Shown: positions 1 through 10,922 of the stretch, in pieces
How the letters are laid out: each line of letters starts with the position of its first letter
Position numbering within the stretch: position 1 is the first letter of the stretch
Origin: an uncultured Alphaproteobacteria bacterium
GTDB lineage: Bacteria; Pseudomonadota; Alphaproteobacteria; HIMB59; GCA-002718135
NCBI GenBank assembly: GCA_902621305.1
Contig: CACNLM010000002.1
Coordinates: 681 to 64,680, forward strand
Direction of reading: 5' to 3'
Length of the DNA stretch: 64,000 bases
Position numbers and translations under genes: made by a program
Notes under the pieces: generated by a model
Seen by the model: the letters and a program-made list of their open reading frames with translations, nothing else
The model's database searches: none
What the model was told of the DNA's origin: nothing

Positions 1-353
1 TCACAATTAGAACGAGATCCGTTAACTTTTACTTTAGAAATAAATTTTAAGAATGACCAATAATTGTTTGTTCTTTTAGAATTCTGTAAATCTATGATTA
101 GATCATATTTATTTTGATTAATTTTTAATATAACTTTTAGTGAGTCTATTATTCCTTTTCTATTATCTTTAAAAATCGAATTAAAATAATTTGAATTTCT
201 TAAAAAATTTACGTATTTTTCTTCAGTGAGTAAGTCAATAGTGGCATTACTAAAAAATTGCTTAATTGATGCCATGGCAAGTATAGAAAATGCAATATCA
301 CCAAGTGATCCATGCTTTACAACTAGTATTTTGTTAAATTGATTGCTGTTCAT
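1..353 (-). CDS. Glycosyltransferase family 9 (LPS heptosyltransferase-like), 5' part; runs off the window start
   Basis: Not in the ORF track; read manually from ATG at 353: MNSNQFNKILVVKHGSLGDIAFSILAMASIKQFFSNATIDLLT...YDLIIDLQNSKRT. ILV..GSLGD and YDLIIDLQ are GT9 motifs. Overlaps the 3' end of the upstream GT4 gene. Confidence 0.85.
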   Translation of the reverse strand, partial: MNSNQFNKILVVKHGSLGDIAFSILAMASIKQFFSNATIDLLTEEKYVNFLRNSNYFNSIFKDNRKGIIDSLKVILKINQNKYDLIIDLQNSKRTNNYWSFLKFISKVKVNGSRSNC

Positions 354-1461
354 ATAAGTCTACGTAACTTTTTACCATTTGGTATTTTGAAAATGTTTTT
401 GATATGAAGTCTTTACTATCTAAAGAAATATTAGAAAATTTTTCTTTATCTAATTTAATAATATTTTGAAGTTTTATGTCTATTTCATCATATTGATGAG
501 GATTTACTTTATAGATATCGTCTAATTTATCAAGTTGATCTTTGACACCGCCATAGTTAAAAGCGAGTACCTTTTTTTTCATTATTAATGCTTCACTTAT
601 AGTTCTTCCAAAACCTTCAGCTTGTAAAGGAAAAGAGGTAATAATTGATGATAGATAATATAAAATTTTCAAATCATCTCTATGTAGATTACCTATAATC
701 TTACATTTATGACTAAGGTTAAAACTTTGAATTTTATTTTGTAGTTTTTCTGTATAAGATTGATTTTTTGTATCACCTGCAAAATAAAGTAAAAAATTAT
801 CATTTTCTATCTTATTAAATATATCTAAAAACTCACTTTGACCTTTCCAATTTGTTAGCCTTGCTGGATATAAAATAATATTTTTTGAGGTATCAATTTG
901 ATACTTACTTATAATATTATCTATTTGAGAATCTAAAATTGGTTTTTCAAAATATTTAACATCAACTCCTCTATTGATTACTTTAATTTTATTTGAATCC
1001 AAATTGTATTTTTTACTAATTTCATTTTTTACATAATTTGAAATCGCAACAATCTGATCAACTTTGGATAATTGCTTATTATAGATTTTTTTAAAATAAG
1101 AATTACCACTATACACATTATGAAATGTAGATATTGTTTTGAAGTTTCTTTTTTTTATAAAAATTAAAATCCATGCTGGTGCTCTTGATCGTACATGAAC
1201 AATATTAATATTCTGATTAATAATTAATTTTTTTAATTGATTAGCAATTAATGGATAAATAAAAAAATTTTTTGAGTTAATTGGTAATTGAAAATGATCA
1301 GTATAATTTTTATCAATTTCCTTAATTAAACGACCTCCATTTGAAATAATATTATTTTTTAAATTTAATTCAGATAAATAATTTGCGACTTCAATAGTAC
1401 CTCTTTCGACACCACCAGAGTCTAAAGAGGGAAGAATTTGAGCGACATTAAATGATGACAT
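334..1461 (-). CDS. Glycosyltransferase family 4 (LPS core biosynthesis-type)
   Basis: QILPSLDSGGVERGT, HVRSRAPAW, ARLTNWKGQ and EGFGRTISEA motifs of GT-B fold GT4 enzymes. Confidence 0.88.
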   Translation of the reverse strand: MSSFNVAQILPSLDSGGVERGTIEVANYLSELNLKNNIISNGGRLIKEIDKNYTDHFQLPINSKNFFIYPLIANQLKKLIINQNINIVHVRSRAPAWILIFIKKRNFKTISTFHNVYSGNSYFKKIYNKQLSKVDQIVAISNYVKNEISKKYNLDSNKIKVINRGVDVKYFEKPILDSQIDNIISKYQIDTSKNIILYPARLTNWKGQSEFLDIFNKIENDNFLLYFAGDTKNQSYTEKLQNKIQSFNLSHKCKIIGNLHRDDLKILYYLSSIITSFPLQAEGFGRTISEALIMKKKVLAFNYGGVKDQLDKLDDIYKVNPHQYDEIDIKLQNIIKLDKEKFSNISLDSKDFISKTFSKYQMVKSYVDLYEQQSI

Positions 1462-1491
1462 TTTATTAAAATATAAGTATTTGTATCAAAG

Positions 1492-2223
1492 ATGCCTTAC
1501 TTTATTAATAAGAAAAAAGAAAGAATTCGCTATAAATCTATAAAAGGTAAGGGGCCTGGCATCATCTTTATCCATGGCCTTAACTCAGATATGAGTGGTC
1601 AAAAAGCTTTGTCTATAGAAAGATTTGCTCGAAAAAACAAATTGCGGTTTATCCGTTTTGAATGCCGTGGTCATGGTAAATCTGATGGAAAATTTGAAGA
1701 TTTTACAATTTCAGATTGGAAGAAAGACTTAATTGATATCATTGATAATATTGGAAAGGGACCACAAATACTGGTTGGTAGCAGTATGGGTGGATGGTTA
1801 ATGTTTTTAGCTGCCAAAGCAAGACCAAAAAGAATTGTTGGATTAATTGGCCTGGCGGCAGCACCTGATTATATCGATGGGTTTTATAAAAAACTGCCTT
1901 TAAAGAAAAAAAAAGAAATGAAGAAAAATGGAATTATTAGATATTCCTCATATGGGTTTAGTTATCTTATCAAAAAAAAATATATTATTGACGGTAGAAA
2001 GAATAAAATTTTAAATAAAGAATTCAAATGGAATAAGCCTTTAATTTTAATACAAGGCCTAAAAGATAATGTTGTCAATCCAGATGTTCCAGAAAAAATA
2101 GTAAAAAAATTTAAAGGGAATCAAATTCAAATTAAATTATTAAAAAATGGCGATCATCGATTATCTCATCCATTTGATTTAAAAATAATAAATGATTCTA
2201 TTCAATCAATAATAAAAAACTAA
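1492..2223 (+). CDS. Alpha/beta hydrolase (esterase-like)
   Basis: IHGLNSDM, GHGKSDG, nucleophile elbow GSSMGG, catalytic His in GDHRLS. Confidence 0.88.
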   Translation: MPYFINKKKERIRYKSIKGKGPGIIFIHGLNSDMSGQKALSIERFARKNKLRFIRFECRGHGKSDGKFEDFTISDWKKDLIDIIDNIGKGPQILVGSSMGGWLMFLAAKARPKRIVGLIGLAAAPDYIDGFYKKLPLKKKKEMKKNGIIRYSSYGFSYLIKKKYIIDGRKNKILNKEFKWNKPLILIQGLKDNVVNPDVPEKIVKKFKGNQIQIKLLKNGDHRLSHPFDLKIINDSIQSIIKN

Positions 2224-5200
2224 GCAGATTTTTCTTCTTGAATTAATACAGGTTGATCAAATTTATTGATCATTTCTTTTGGTAAAATCTGCCAAAAGAG
2301 TAATTTTTCATTATCCCAATTTTCGAGAAGATTTTTTGCATATCGTGAATTTGTTTCTTTAATATGTTCTTCAATTTTTTGGTATAAAATTTTCTCCCAG
2401 TAACCTGTCATTTGTTGTTGATAGAAAATATCTTCAAGATTTATACGAAGTGGCAATGTTCCCTCTTTATCATAAACAAAGGCCATACCTCCTGTCATTC
2501 CAGCACCAAAATTATTTCCTACTTCGCCAAGAATAACTGCACTTCCACCTGTCATGTATTCACATCCATTATCACCACATCCTTCAATAACAGCATGTGC
2601 ACCAGAGTTTCTAACAGCAAATCTATCACCAGCAGTTCCGGCTGCAAAAAGTTTACCTCGTGTCGCTCCATATAGGACAGTATTCCCAATGATAACATTT
2701 TTGTTTGTTTTTAGTTGTGAAGATGAGCTTGGTTGAATAACAATTTTACCGCCAGATAATCCTTTTGCAACATAATCATTTGCATCACCATAAACCCTAA
2801 GTGTTGTTCCTTGTACGCTCCATGCTCCAAAAGATTGACCAGCAGAACCATGGAAATTAACAGTAAAGAAATCTTCTGGAAGAAAACTCATTCCCTTTGT
2901 AGTAGTAATTTCTGATGCAAGTCTTGTACCAATAGCTCTATCAGTATTTTTTATATTATAGTTTAGTTCAATTTTTTGATCTGTTTCAAAGAAAGACTTA
3001 GCATCTTCTATGATTTTAATATCGAGACTATCGCTAACTTTATTAATTGTATTTTTCTTTATATCAAATTCTCCAACTGATGAATCAATAGTTTGAATAA
3101 TTGGATTTAAATCTAAATCATCTAGATCAGAACTTCCTCTACTGACTTGATATAAAAGATCAGATCTTCCAACTACATCATCAAGAGAAGAAAAGCCTAA
3201 TGATCCTAAAATTTCCCTTACTTCATCAGCAATAAAACTAAAGAGATTAATTACTTTTTCTGGTGTGCCAGTAAATTTTTCTCTAAGTTTTTCATCCTGT
3301 GAGCAAACTCCAACGGGGCAAGTATTTGAATGACATTGTCTAACCATGATACACCCCATAGCAACTAAACTTGCTGTCCCAATTCCATATTCTTCTGCCC
3401 CAAGCATAGCCGCAATAACTATATCTTTTCCAGTTTTCAAACCTCCATCAGTTCTAAGAACAACTTTATCCCTTAAGTTATTTAGAGATAGAACTTGATG
3501 TACTTCACTTAATCCGAGTTCCCATGGAAGTCCTGCATACTTAATGCTTGTTTGTGGACTTGCTCCAGTGCCACCATTGTGACCAGAAATAAGTATCGTA
3601 TCAGCTTTTGCTTTTGCAACACCAGCTGCGACTGTCCCAATCCCTGACTGAGCAACTAACTTAACACATACTTTAGCTTTTGGATTTATTTGTTTCAAAT
3701 CGTAAATAAGCTGAGCTAAATCTTCGATAGAATAAATATCATGATGAGGAGGAGGACTAATAAGCGTCACACCTTCAGTTGAATGTCTTAGTTTAGCAAT
3801 TAATTCTGTAACTTTTCCTCCTGGCAATTGTCCACCCTCACCAGGTTTTGCACCTTGTGCAACTTTAATTTCAATTTCTTCACAATTATTTAAATACTCA
3901 GCGGTTACACCAAATCGTCCACTTGCAATTTGTTTAATTTTTGATGATGCATTATCTCCATTTGGCTTGGGTTTAAATCTAATTGGATCTTCACCGCCTT
4001 CACCTGAATCTGATTTAGCTCCTATCCTATTCATTGCTACAGAAAGAGTTTCATGCGCTTCAGGGCTTAAGGCTCCAAGTGATATACCTGGTGCAACAAG
4101 TCTTTTTCTAATTTCTTGAGAAGGTTCTACTGTATTTGAGTTATTGTTATCATTATTCTTTTTGAAGTCTAAAAGATCACGAATATTTATAGGATCCATG
4201 TCATCAATCATCGAAGAATATTTCTTAAATAAAGAATAATTATTAGAAGTTACTGCAGTTTGAAGCATGTGAATTGATCTTGCTTCAAAAGCATGTTTTT
4301 CACCGCCAAATCTATAGCGGTAGTTTCCTCCAATCGGCAGCGTAATAACACTTTCTTCATAAGCGTTATCATGAGCTAATCTTGATCTTCTTTCAATACC
4401 ACTGATTCCAATACCAGATATTTTAGAGCTCATAGAAGGGAAATATTTATTCATTAAATTTCTACTAAGGCCAATCGCTTCAAAATTACAACCACCTCGA
4501 TATGAATTAATCACTGATATTCCCATCTTACTCATAGTCTTAAGCAAACCATTATTTATCGAATTAATGAATCTTTCTACACATTCTTCGTATGAGAGAT
4601 TTTTAAATAATCCTTTTTTATGTCTTTCCGCTATAGCTTGTTGTGCCATATAAGCATTCACACTTGTTGCTCCTACTCCGATAAGCACAGCAAAATATTG
4701 TACATCTAAACATTCTGCAGATTGAACATTTAAGGAGATAAAAGTTCGAAGATTTTGTTTAATTAAATGATGATGAACAGAACTTGTAACTAATATCATA
4801 GGAAGAGCTATTCTTGTTTTAGACATTTCTTTGTCACTTAAAATTATATGAACATACCCTTCTCTAACAGCATGTTCTGCTTCTCGGTTTATTCTTGAAA
4901 TTTCTGTCTCAAAATTATTTTCAGGATTTGTTTTATCCATTGTAGTGTCAATGATCTTGACAGTATCTTTCATATATTTACGCATTGATTTGAATTGCTC
5001 AATTGAAAGAACAGGGGAGTTCAATTGTAAATGATCGCATTGATCCTCATCTTCATCAAGGATATTACTTAAGTTTCCAATTCTAGTTCGAAGACTCATT
5101 ACAACTCTTTCTCTTAATGAATCAATTGGTGGATTAGTAACTTGACTAAAATTTTGTCTAAAAAAGTGATGGAGTCCTCTATATTTATTGGATAGCACAG

Positions 5201-6737
5201 CTAGAGGAGTGTCATCTCCCATCGATCCCGTTGCTTCTTTTTTTTCTGCAATCATTGGATGAAGTATTAATTCGATGTCTTCCACTGACCAAGCAAAGCA
5301 TGCCATTCTTTTTCGTAGATCTCCAGAGTCTAAATCTCTAAATTCCTCATCAACAGATTGAACAAGTTTATCAATATACGTAATTTTTTTAGTCCAATCA
5401 CCAAATGGTTTAGTTTCTGCCAAATACTTTTTTATTTCATGATCTTTAAAAAATTTTTTCTCTTTAAAGTTGACTGCTATTAATTGACCTGGTCCTACCC
5501 TACCTCTTTCTACTATTTCATTTTCTCTAATATCAACCATTCCAGTTTCAGAACCAGCAATAAGAAGATTTTTTGTTAGTGTATATCTTAAGGGTCTAAG
5601 ACCATTTCTATCCATTCCAGCAATAGCCCAATCACTGTAAGCACCACATATCGCTGCTGGACCATCCCATGGCTCCATTACAGCTCCACCATAAGCATAT
5701 AAATCTTTTATTTTTTTTGGAAAATCTCTTCTATGAGACCAAGCCTCTGGAATTGTTATGATTTTAGCCATAGGTAGAGAGCGATTAGCTTTGACTAGTA
5801 ATTCTATCGTTGAATCTAATGCAGCAGAGTCAGACGCTTTAGCATCAATTATGGGTTTTAAATCATCTACATTATTGCCAAAATTGTAATGTTCCATTCT
5901 TGGCTCATGAGCAGCCATCCAATTTTTATTACCTTTAAGTGTATTTATTTCACCATTATGCGCAATCACTCTAAAAGGCTGAGCTAAAGACCATGTAGGA
6001 AAAGTATTAGTTGAATAACGCTGGTGATAAACCGCATATCTAGAAATAAAGTTCTCATTTTGTATATCTGGATAAAAATTGGAAAGCTGTTCTGCTAAAA
6101 ACATACCTTTATAAACAATAGACTGACACGATAGTGAGCAAATATAAAAGTCAGAAATATTTTGATTTCTAATTTCTTTTTCTATTCTTTTTCTAATTAT
6201 ATAAAGTTTATTATCAAATTGCTTTTCATCTTCTAGTTCTTCATTACAAATTAGTATTTGTTCTATTTCAGGTCTTGTTGCTTTTGCTTTATCACCAATA
6301 ATGGATGAATTAATTGGAACGTGTCTCCAACCATAAATTTTCAAACCTTCTTTAATTATTTCAGATTCAACAATTGTACGAGCATTTTCTTGAGCTGCAA
6401 AATCTGTACGTGGTAAAAAAATCATGCCAACCCCGAAAGGGAAATCATTTGGAGTGTGACCAGTTCTTTCTATTTGTTGAGTAAAAAAATTCTTTGGTAT
6501 GGATAACTGTATTCCTGCACCATCACCTGTTTTACCATCAGCATCAACTGCTCCTCGGTGATACAAAACTCTTAAAGCTTGAACTCCTAACTCAACTATT
6601 TCTCTTGTCTCAGATCCATCTAAAGATGCTATTAATCCAACACCACATGATGAATGTTCATCTTGTTCATCATAAACATGATTTTCCTCTAAGAATTTTT
6701 TATCCTTTTTATACTTTTCAATAAAGTTATTAAGCAT
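2220..6737 (-). CDS. gltB: Glutamate synthase large subunit
   Basis: 1505 aa; N-terminal SCGVG (Ntn Cys), HQRYSTNTFP, KVAQGAKPGEGGQLPG, CIMVRQCHSNTCPVG [3Fe-4S] motif, GCEYMTGG. Confidence 0.98.
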   Translation of the reverse strand: MLNNFIEKYKKDKKFLEENHVYDEQDEHSSCGVGLIASLDGSETREIVELGVQALRVLYHRGAVDADGKTGDGAGIQLSIPKNFFTQQIERTGHTPNDFPFGVGMIFLPRTDFAAQENARTIVESEIIKEGLKIYGWRHVPINSSIIGDKAKATRPEIEQILICNEELEDEKQFDNKLYIIRKRIEKEIRNQNISDFYICSLSCQSIVYKGMFLAEQLSNFYPDIQNENFISRYAVYHQRYSTNTFPTWSLAQPFRVIAHNGEINTLKGNKNWMAAHEPRMEHYNFGNNVDDLKPIIDAKASDSAALDSTIELLVKANRSLPMAKIITIPEAWSHRRDFPKKIKDLYAYGGAVMEPWDGPAAICGAYSDWAIAGMDRNGLRPLRYTLTKNLLIAGSETGMVDIRENEIVERGRVGPGQLIAVNFKEKKFFKDHEIKKYLAETKPFGDWTKKITYIDKLVQSVDEEFRDLDSGDLRKRMACFAWSVEDIELILHPMIAEKKEATGSMGDDTPLAVLSNKYRGLHHFFRQNFSQVTNPPIDSLRERVVMSLRTRIGNLSNILDEDEDQCDHLQLNSPVLSIEQFKSMRKYMKDTVKIIDTTMDKTNPENNFETEISRINREAEHAVREGYVHIILSDKEMSKTRIALPMILVTSSVHHHLIKQNLRTFISLNVQSAECLDVQYFAVLIGVGATSVNAYMAQQAIAERHKKGLFKNLSYEECVERFINSINNGLLKTMSKMGISVINSYRGGCNFEAIGLSRNLMNKYFPSMSSKISGIGISGIERRSRLAHDNAYEESVITLPIGGNYRYRFGGEKHAFEARSIHMLQTAVTSNNYSLFKKYSSMIDDMDPINIRDLLDFKKNNDNNNSNTVEPSQEIRKRLVAPGISLGALSPEAHETLSVAMNRIGAKSDSGEGGEDPIRFKPKPNGDNASSKIKQIASGRFGVTAEYLNNCEEIEIKVAQGAKPGEGGQLPGGKVTELIAKLRHSTEGVTLISPPPHHDIYSIEDLAQLIYDLKQINPKAKVCVKLVAQSGIGTVAAGVAKAKADTILISGHNGGTGASPQTSIKYAGLPWELGLSEVHQVLSLNNLRDKVVLRTDGGLKTGKDIVIAAMLGAEEYGIGTASLVAMGCIMVRQCHSNTCPVGVCSQDEKLREKFTGTPEKVINLFSFIADEVREILGSLGFSSLDDVVGRSDLLYQVSRGSSDLDDLDLNPIIQTIDSSVGEFDIKKNTINKVSDSLDIKIIEDAKSFFETDQKIELNYNIKNTDRAIGTRLASEITTTKGMSFLPEDFFTVNFHGSAGQSFGAWSVQGTTLRVYGDANDYVAKGLSGGKIVIQPSSSSQLKTNKNVIIGNTVLYGATRGKLFAAGTAGDRFAVRNSGAHAVIEGCGDNGCEYMTGGSAVILGEVGNNFGAGMTGGMAFVYDKEGTLPLRINLEDIFYQQQMTGYWEKILYQKIEEHIKETNSRYAKNLLENWDNEKLLFWQILPKEMINKFDQPVLIQEEKSA

Positions 6738-8175
6738 TTACTGCTTTCTTATTAATATTATTTTGATCATAAAAATTGTTTTCTAAATATTCATTAATAT
6801 TTCTTGCTGCATCACGACCATCTTTGATTCCCCACACAACTAAACTTGCACCACGAACAATGTCTCCAGCAGCAAATACTCCATCAATTGATGTCATCAT
6901 ATTTTTATAATTAATTTTTAGTGTACCCCATCTTGTAACTGTCAGATCATTATTATCAAAAAGCTTAGGTAAATTTTCAGGTTCAAAACCCAAAGCTTCT
7001 ATAACTAAATCAACATCTAGGTCTTTTTCTGTACCTTCTTTTGGCTCTGGCTTCCTTCTACCTGACTCATCTGGTTCTCCAAGTTGCATTAAAACAGTTC
7101 TGACATTTTTCAGTGATCCGTTTCCCAAATATTCAGTTGGTAAAGTCAACCATTGAAAATCAACACCCTCTTCTATTGCATTTTGAACTTCTCTCTGCGA
7201 ACCAGGCATGTTTGTCTTATCACGTCTGTAAAGACACTTAACAGATTTTGCTCCTTGTCTTACAGCTGTTCTAACACAATCCATTGCTGTATCACCACCA
7301 CCAATGACAACTACATTTTTTCCATTGGCGTTTAATCTTCCATTTGTGAAATCTTCAACTTTATCTTTTAAACCAGTCTTGTTACTAGCTATTAGGAAAT
7401 CCAAAGCTGGCACAACATTGTTAAAATTAGATGTATTTAGATTGATTTCTCTAAATTTGTAAACTCCGGTTGCTATAAGAACTGCATCATGCTTAATTTT
7501 AATATCTTCAAAGGTGATGTCTTTACCAATATCGCAGTTTAACTTAAACTTAATTCCACTTTTTTTAAGTCGATTTGTTCTTCTTATGACGATATCTTTT
7601 TCTAGTTTAAAATTTGGGATACCATAAATTAAAAGACCTCCTGGTCTATCGTAGCGATCATATATTGTAACTTGAAATCCTTTTTTACGAAGTTCTTCTG
7701 CTGCAGCTAATCCAGCAGGACCAGAACCGATAATTCCAACACTTTGATTTCTTTCTTCAACTGGTTCTATATTTTTAACCCAACCTTCTTCCCATGCTTT
7801 ATCCGTAATATATTTTTCTATCGATCCAATAGTAACAGTACCGTGGCCAGATTGTTCAATTACACAGTTACCTTCACACAAACGATCTTGTGGACATATA
7901 CGACCACAAATTTCAGGCATATTATTTGTAGAGCTGGAAATTTCAAATGCCTCTTGCATTCTATCCTCAGCAGTAAGTTTTAACCAATCTGGAATATTAT
8001 TGTGTAAAGGACAATGAACTTGGCAGAAAGGAACACCGCATTGAGAACATCTAGAAGCTTGTTCCTCTGCCTTTTGTGAGGCATATTTAGCATAAATTTC
8101 ATCAAATGATTTTACCCTTTCTTTGGCAGAAATTTTACTAGGATTTTCCTTGTTTATTTTTGTAAATTTTAGCAT
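6730..8175 (-). CDS. gltD: Glutamate synthase small subunit (NAD(P)H)
   Basis: RCSQCGVPFCQVHCP, CGRICPQDRLCEGNC, GSGPAG, GGGDTAMDC, GDIVRGASLVVW; overlaps the gltB start. Confidence 0.97.
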   Translation of the reverse strand: MLKFTKINKENPSKISAKERVKSFDEIYAKYASQKAEEQASRCSQCGVPFCQVHCPLHNNIPDWLKLTAEDRMQEAFEISSSTNNMPEICGRICPQDRLCEGNCVIEQSGHGTVTIGSIEKYITDKAWEEGWVKNIEPVEERNQSVGIIGSGPAGLAAAEELRKKGFQVTIYDRYDRPGGLLIYGIPNFKLEKDIVIRRTNRLKKSGIKFKLNCDIGKDITFEDIKIKHDAVLIATGVYKFREINLNTSNFNNVVPALDFLIASNKTGLKDKVEDFTNGRLNANGKNVVVIGGGDTAMDCVRTAVRQGAKSVKCLYRRDKTNMPGSQREVQNAIEEGVDFQWLTLPTEYLGNGSLKNVRTVLMQLGEPDESGRRKPEPKEGTEKDLDVDLVIEALGFEPENLPKLFDNNDLTVTRWGTLKINYKNMMTSIDGVFAAGDIVRGASLVVWGIKDGRDAARNINEYLENNFYDQNNINKKAVNA

Positions 8176-8258
8176 TTAGTTATCATTTGTTTACTATTTT
8201 ATTTAGATCGAACCAAATACACATTCAAGATAAAAAAGGAAACAATAATTTTGTAATA

Positions 8259-8279
8259 TTAGTACCACTAATGTACTAA
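8259..8279. promoter_or_regulatory. Inverted-repeat operator candidate upstream of gltD (TTAGTAC-N7-GTACTAA; contains T-N11-A)
   Basis: Perfect 7-bp dyad in the 118-bp intergenic region, about 30 bp upstream of a possible -35 (TTGAAT on - strand, 8223-8228). Confidence 0.4.
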
Positions 8280-8293
8280 AAATTAGAAAATCC

Positions 8294-9199
8294 TTAATTT
8301 ACAACAATATTTTTAATTATTTGTAGTGTGTCCTGTGGATTAATATTAAGATTTTGAAACGATTTATCGACATTTAAGATAAGATTATCCTTTTCAAATA
8401 ATTTCAATTGTTCAGAAGTAAGAGGCGAAATTGGAGTTTTTTCAGCAATATTTATAATAGGTCTCATAAATGTCATAGGAACAGGAACTAAAACTCGACT
8501 TTTCTTTAAGAAATTAGAAATATAATTAAAAAATTCTTTATAAGAATAGATCCTAGGGCCGGCAAGTTCGTATATATTTTTACCTTTAATCTTAGAATTA
8601 ATTATTTCATCAACAGCTAGAGATACATCATCAATAAATACTGGTTGGAATTTTGTGGAACCATCTCCAAAAAGTGGGACAAAAAATGAAGCTTTAAATA
8701 TTGGCAAAAGTCTTTTCATGAAGATATCGCCACCACCTATAATAACACCAGGCCTAATAATAATTACATTTGCTAGTTGTTTAAAAGCTTCCTTTTCAGA
8801 TTTATGTACTGCAATACTTCTTTTCGAATTTTTATCAATATCTACGCCGAGACCAGAAAAAAGAATGAATTGTTTTAATTCCTTACTAGATTTTAAGATT
8901 CTAATAAGTCTCTGATTAAACTTATATATTATATTATTGAAATCACCTTTCTTTTGATCGTATGTAGTTTTCAAGTTAATGCATACATCAGCATTATTTA
9001 AAACAGATTTAAGCCTTTTGTCTTCTAATGAAGAATAACGGAAGGGAATTACCTGTCCTGTTACGCCTAAAAGTCGGATTTTAGCTTCTTGTACAGATCT
9101 TTGATATGGAACAATGATTTTATGGCCATTTTTAGTAAGACGTCTTATTAAATGTTTACCTACAAAACCTGCACCTCCAAAAATTACTATTGATTTCAT
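8294..9199 (-). CDS. NAD-dependent epimerase/dehydratase, complex I NDUFA9 family
   Basis: GGAGFVG Rossmann motif, IIRPGVIIG, FGDGSTKFQPVFIDDV, YELAGP; usual position beside gltD in alphaproteobacteria. Confidence 0.85.
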   Translation of the reverse strand: MKSIVIFGGAGFVGKHLIRRLTKNGHKIIVPYQRSVQEAKIRLLGVTGQVIPFRYSSLEDKRLKSVLNNADVCINLKTTYDQKKGDFNNIIYKFNQRLIRILKSSKELKQFILFSGLGVDIDKNSKRSIAVHKSEKEAFKQLANVIIIRPGVIIGGGDIFMKRLLPIFKASFFVPLFGDGSTKFQPVFIDDVSLAVDEIINSKIKGKNIYELAGPRIYSYKEFFNYISNFLKKSRVLVPVPMTFMRPIINIAEKTPISPLTSEQLKLFEKDNLILNVDKSFQNLNINPQDTLQIIKNIVVN

Positions 9200-9261
9200 G
9201 ACCTTTAATTAAATAAGTGATATAGAGAAAAAATATAAATTATACAGGCAATAAAATCAAA

Positions 9262-9870
9262 ATGAAGATAAATTTCTATAGAGGAGATCTGCCAGGAAGT
9301 TTTAAAGCTTCTAATATTATTGCATTAGATAGCGAAACTATGGGATTAAATCCTAAAAGAGATAAATTATGTTTAGTCCAAATTTCTAATGGTGATGAAG
9401 TATGTCATCTAATAAAAATTGACTTATCTACTAAAAAACCTCTAAATTTAATTAAAATACTTAAAAATAATAAAATTCAAAAAATTTTTCATTATGCTAG
9501 GTTTGATGTGGCTGTATTCAAACACAACTTCAAAATTAATATTAAAAATATTTACTGTACTAAAATTGCATCAAAGTTAGTTAGAACATATACTGATAAA
9601 CATGGATACAAAGATCTTTGCAGTGAATTATTAGGAAAATCAATTTCAAAAACAGAACAATCTTCTGATTGGGGTGGAGAATTAAGTAAGGAACAACAGA
9701 CCTATGCTGCTAACGATGTTTTATATTTACATAAAATCAAAGATAAACTTGATTTAATGTTATTAAGAGAAAAAAGAAGTAAATTAGCAAAAGCTTGTTT
9801 TGATTTTATTCAATACAGAACAGATTTAGATATTAATGGTTGGTCAGAGCATGATATATTTAAACATTAA
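9262..9870 (+). CDS. rnd: Ribonuclease D-like 3'-5' exonuclease
   Basis: DSETMGL, KIFHYARFD, CTKIASKL, QSSDWG, YAANDV (DEDDy exonuclease). Confidence 0.9.
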   Translation: MKINFYRGDLPGSFKASNIIALDSETMGLNPKRDKLCLVQISNGDEVCHLIKIDLSTKKPLNLIKILKNNKIQKIFHYARFDVAVFKHNFKINIKNIYCTKIASKLVRTYTDKHGYKDLCSELLGKSISKTEQSSDWGGELSKEQQTYAANDVLYLHKIKDKLDLMLLREKRSKLAKACFDFIQYRTDLDINGWSEHDIFKH

Positions 9871-10829
9871 TGAAAAATAATAAAAAAATAATTAATAGTG
9901 CAAATAGAACATTAGCACGAGAACTAAGTAGTATAAAAAATTTAAAATCTACATTTAATTTAAGTTTTTGTAAGGCAGTTAATTTAATTTATAATACTAA
10001 AGGAAAAGTTGTAATTACTGGTGTTGGAAAAAGTGCACACATAGGTAATAAGATGTCAGCAACTTTTACTTCAACAGGTACACCGTCATATTTTGTGCAT
10101 GCAACTGAAGCAAGTCACGGTGATTTAGGAAGCATAAAAAAAGATGATTGTGTAATCGCAATCTCTAATTCAGGTGAAACATCTGAACTTAAAAATATTA
10201 TTCAATTTACTAAAAGATTTAATATTAAACTAATAAGTATAACCAGTAATTCTAAAAGTATATTACATAAAAATGCTACCATAGGTATTTTATATAAAAA
10301 ACCAATTGAGGCTTGTCCCTTAAATTTAGCGCCTACTAGTTCTACTTCTATGTCTATGATTATTGGAGATTCTATTGCTATAGCATTATTGGAATTAAGA
10401 GGTTTTAAAAAAACTGAGTTTAAAAAACTGCATCCCGGTGGAAACCTTGGAAGGGATTTAAAAAACTTGAGTGATATAATGCATGTAAATACAAAATTAC
10501 CATTAGCAAATTTTAATGATAAAATGTCAAAAGCTTTGATAACTATGACAAAGAAAAGTTTTGGTTGTGTCGGTGTAATCAATAAAAAAAATCAGATTGT
10601 TGGTATAATTACAGATGGAGATTTGAGAAGAAAATTAAATTCAAAATTTTTTGATAAAAAAGCTGAAGATGTTATGACAAAAAACCCAACTTTAGCCAGT
10701 AAAGATATGTTAGTAGGAGAAGCAATAAATTTGATGAATACAAAAAAAATTACAAGTTTATTTATATGTGATAAAAAAAAACCTATAGGAATTGTGCATA
10801 TTCATGATTTGTTAAGATTGACGAGTTAG
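9870..10829 (+). CDS. kdsD: Arabinose-5-phosphate isomerase KdsD/KpsF (SIS + CBS domains)
   Basis: TGVGKSAHIG, EASHGDLG, SNSGET, LAPTSS, HPGG, ITDGDLRR. Confidence 0.95.
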   Translation: MKNNKKIINSANRTLARELSSIKNLKSTFNLSFCKAVNLIYNTKGKVVITGVGKSAHIGNKMSATFTSTGTPSYFVHATEASHGDLGSIKKDDCVIAISNSGETSELKNIIQFTKRFNIKLISITSNSKSILHKNATIGILYKKPIEACPLNLAPTSSTSMSMIIGDSIAIALLELRGFKKTEFKKLHPGGNLGRDLKNLSDIMHVNTKLPLANFNDKMSKALITMTKKSFGCVGVINKKNQIVGIITDGDLRRKLNSKFFDKKAEDVMTKNPTLASKDMLVGEAINLMNTKKITSLFICDKKKPIGIVHIHDLLRLTS

Positions 10830-10922
10830 TTTGAATTTTTTTTTGTATATAAACAGAAGATTAATAATTTTTTTTCATTAATTCTAATATTATTATTTAT
10901 AGGCGTAATTCTAAACAAGCAA

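Noticed and set aside
2412-7983. Short + strand ORFs inside gltB/gltD (2412-2675, 2554-2736, 6494-6724, 7153-7335, 7744-7983)
   Set aside because: Antisense shadows of well-conserved genes with no recognisable motifs
9200-9261. Possible tRNA between the NDUFA9-like gene and rnd
   Set aside because: Only 62 bp, almost all A/T, no cloverleaf or T-loop motif
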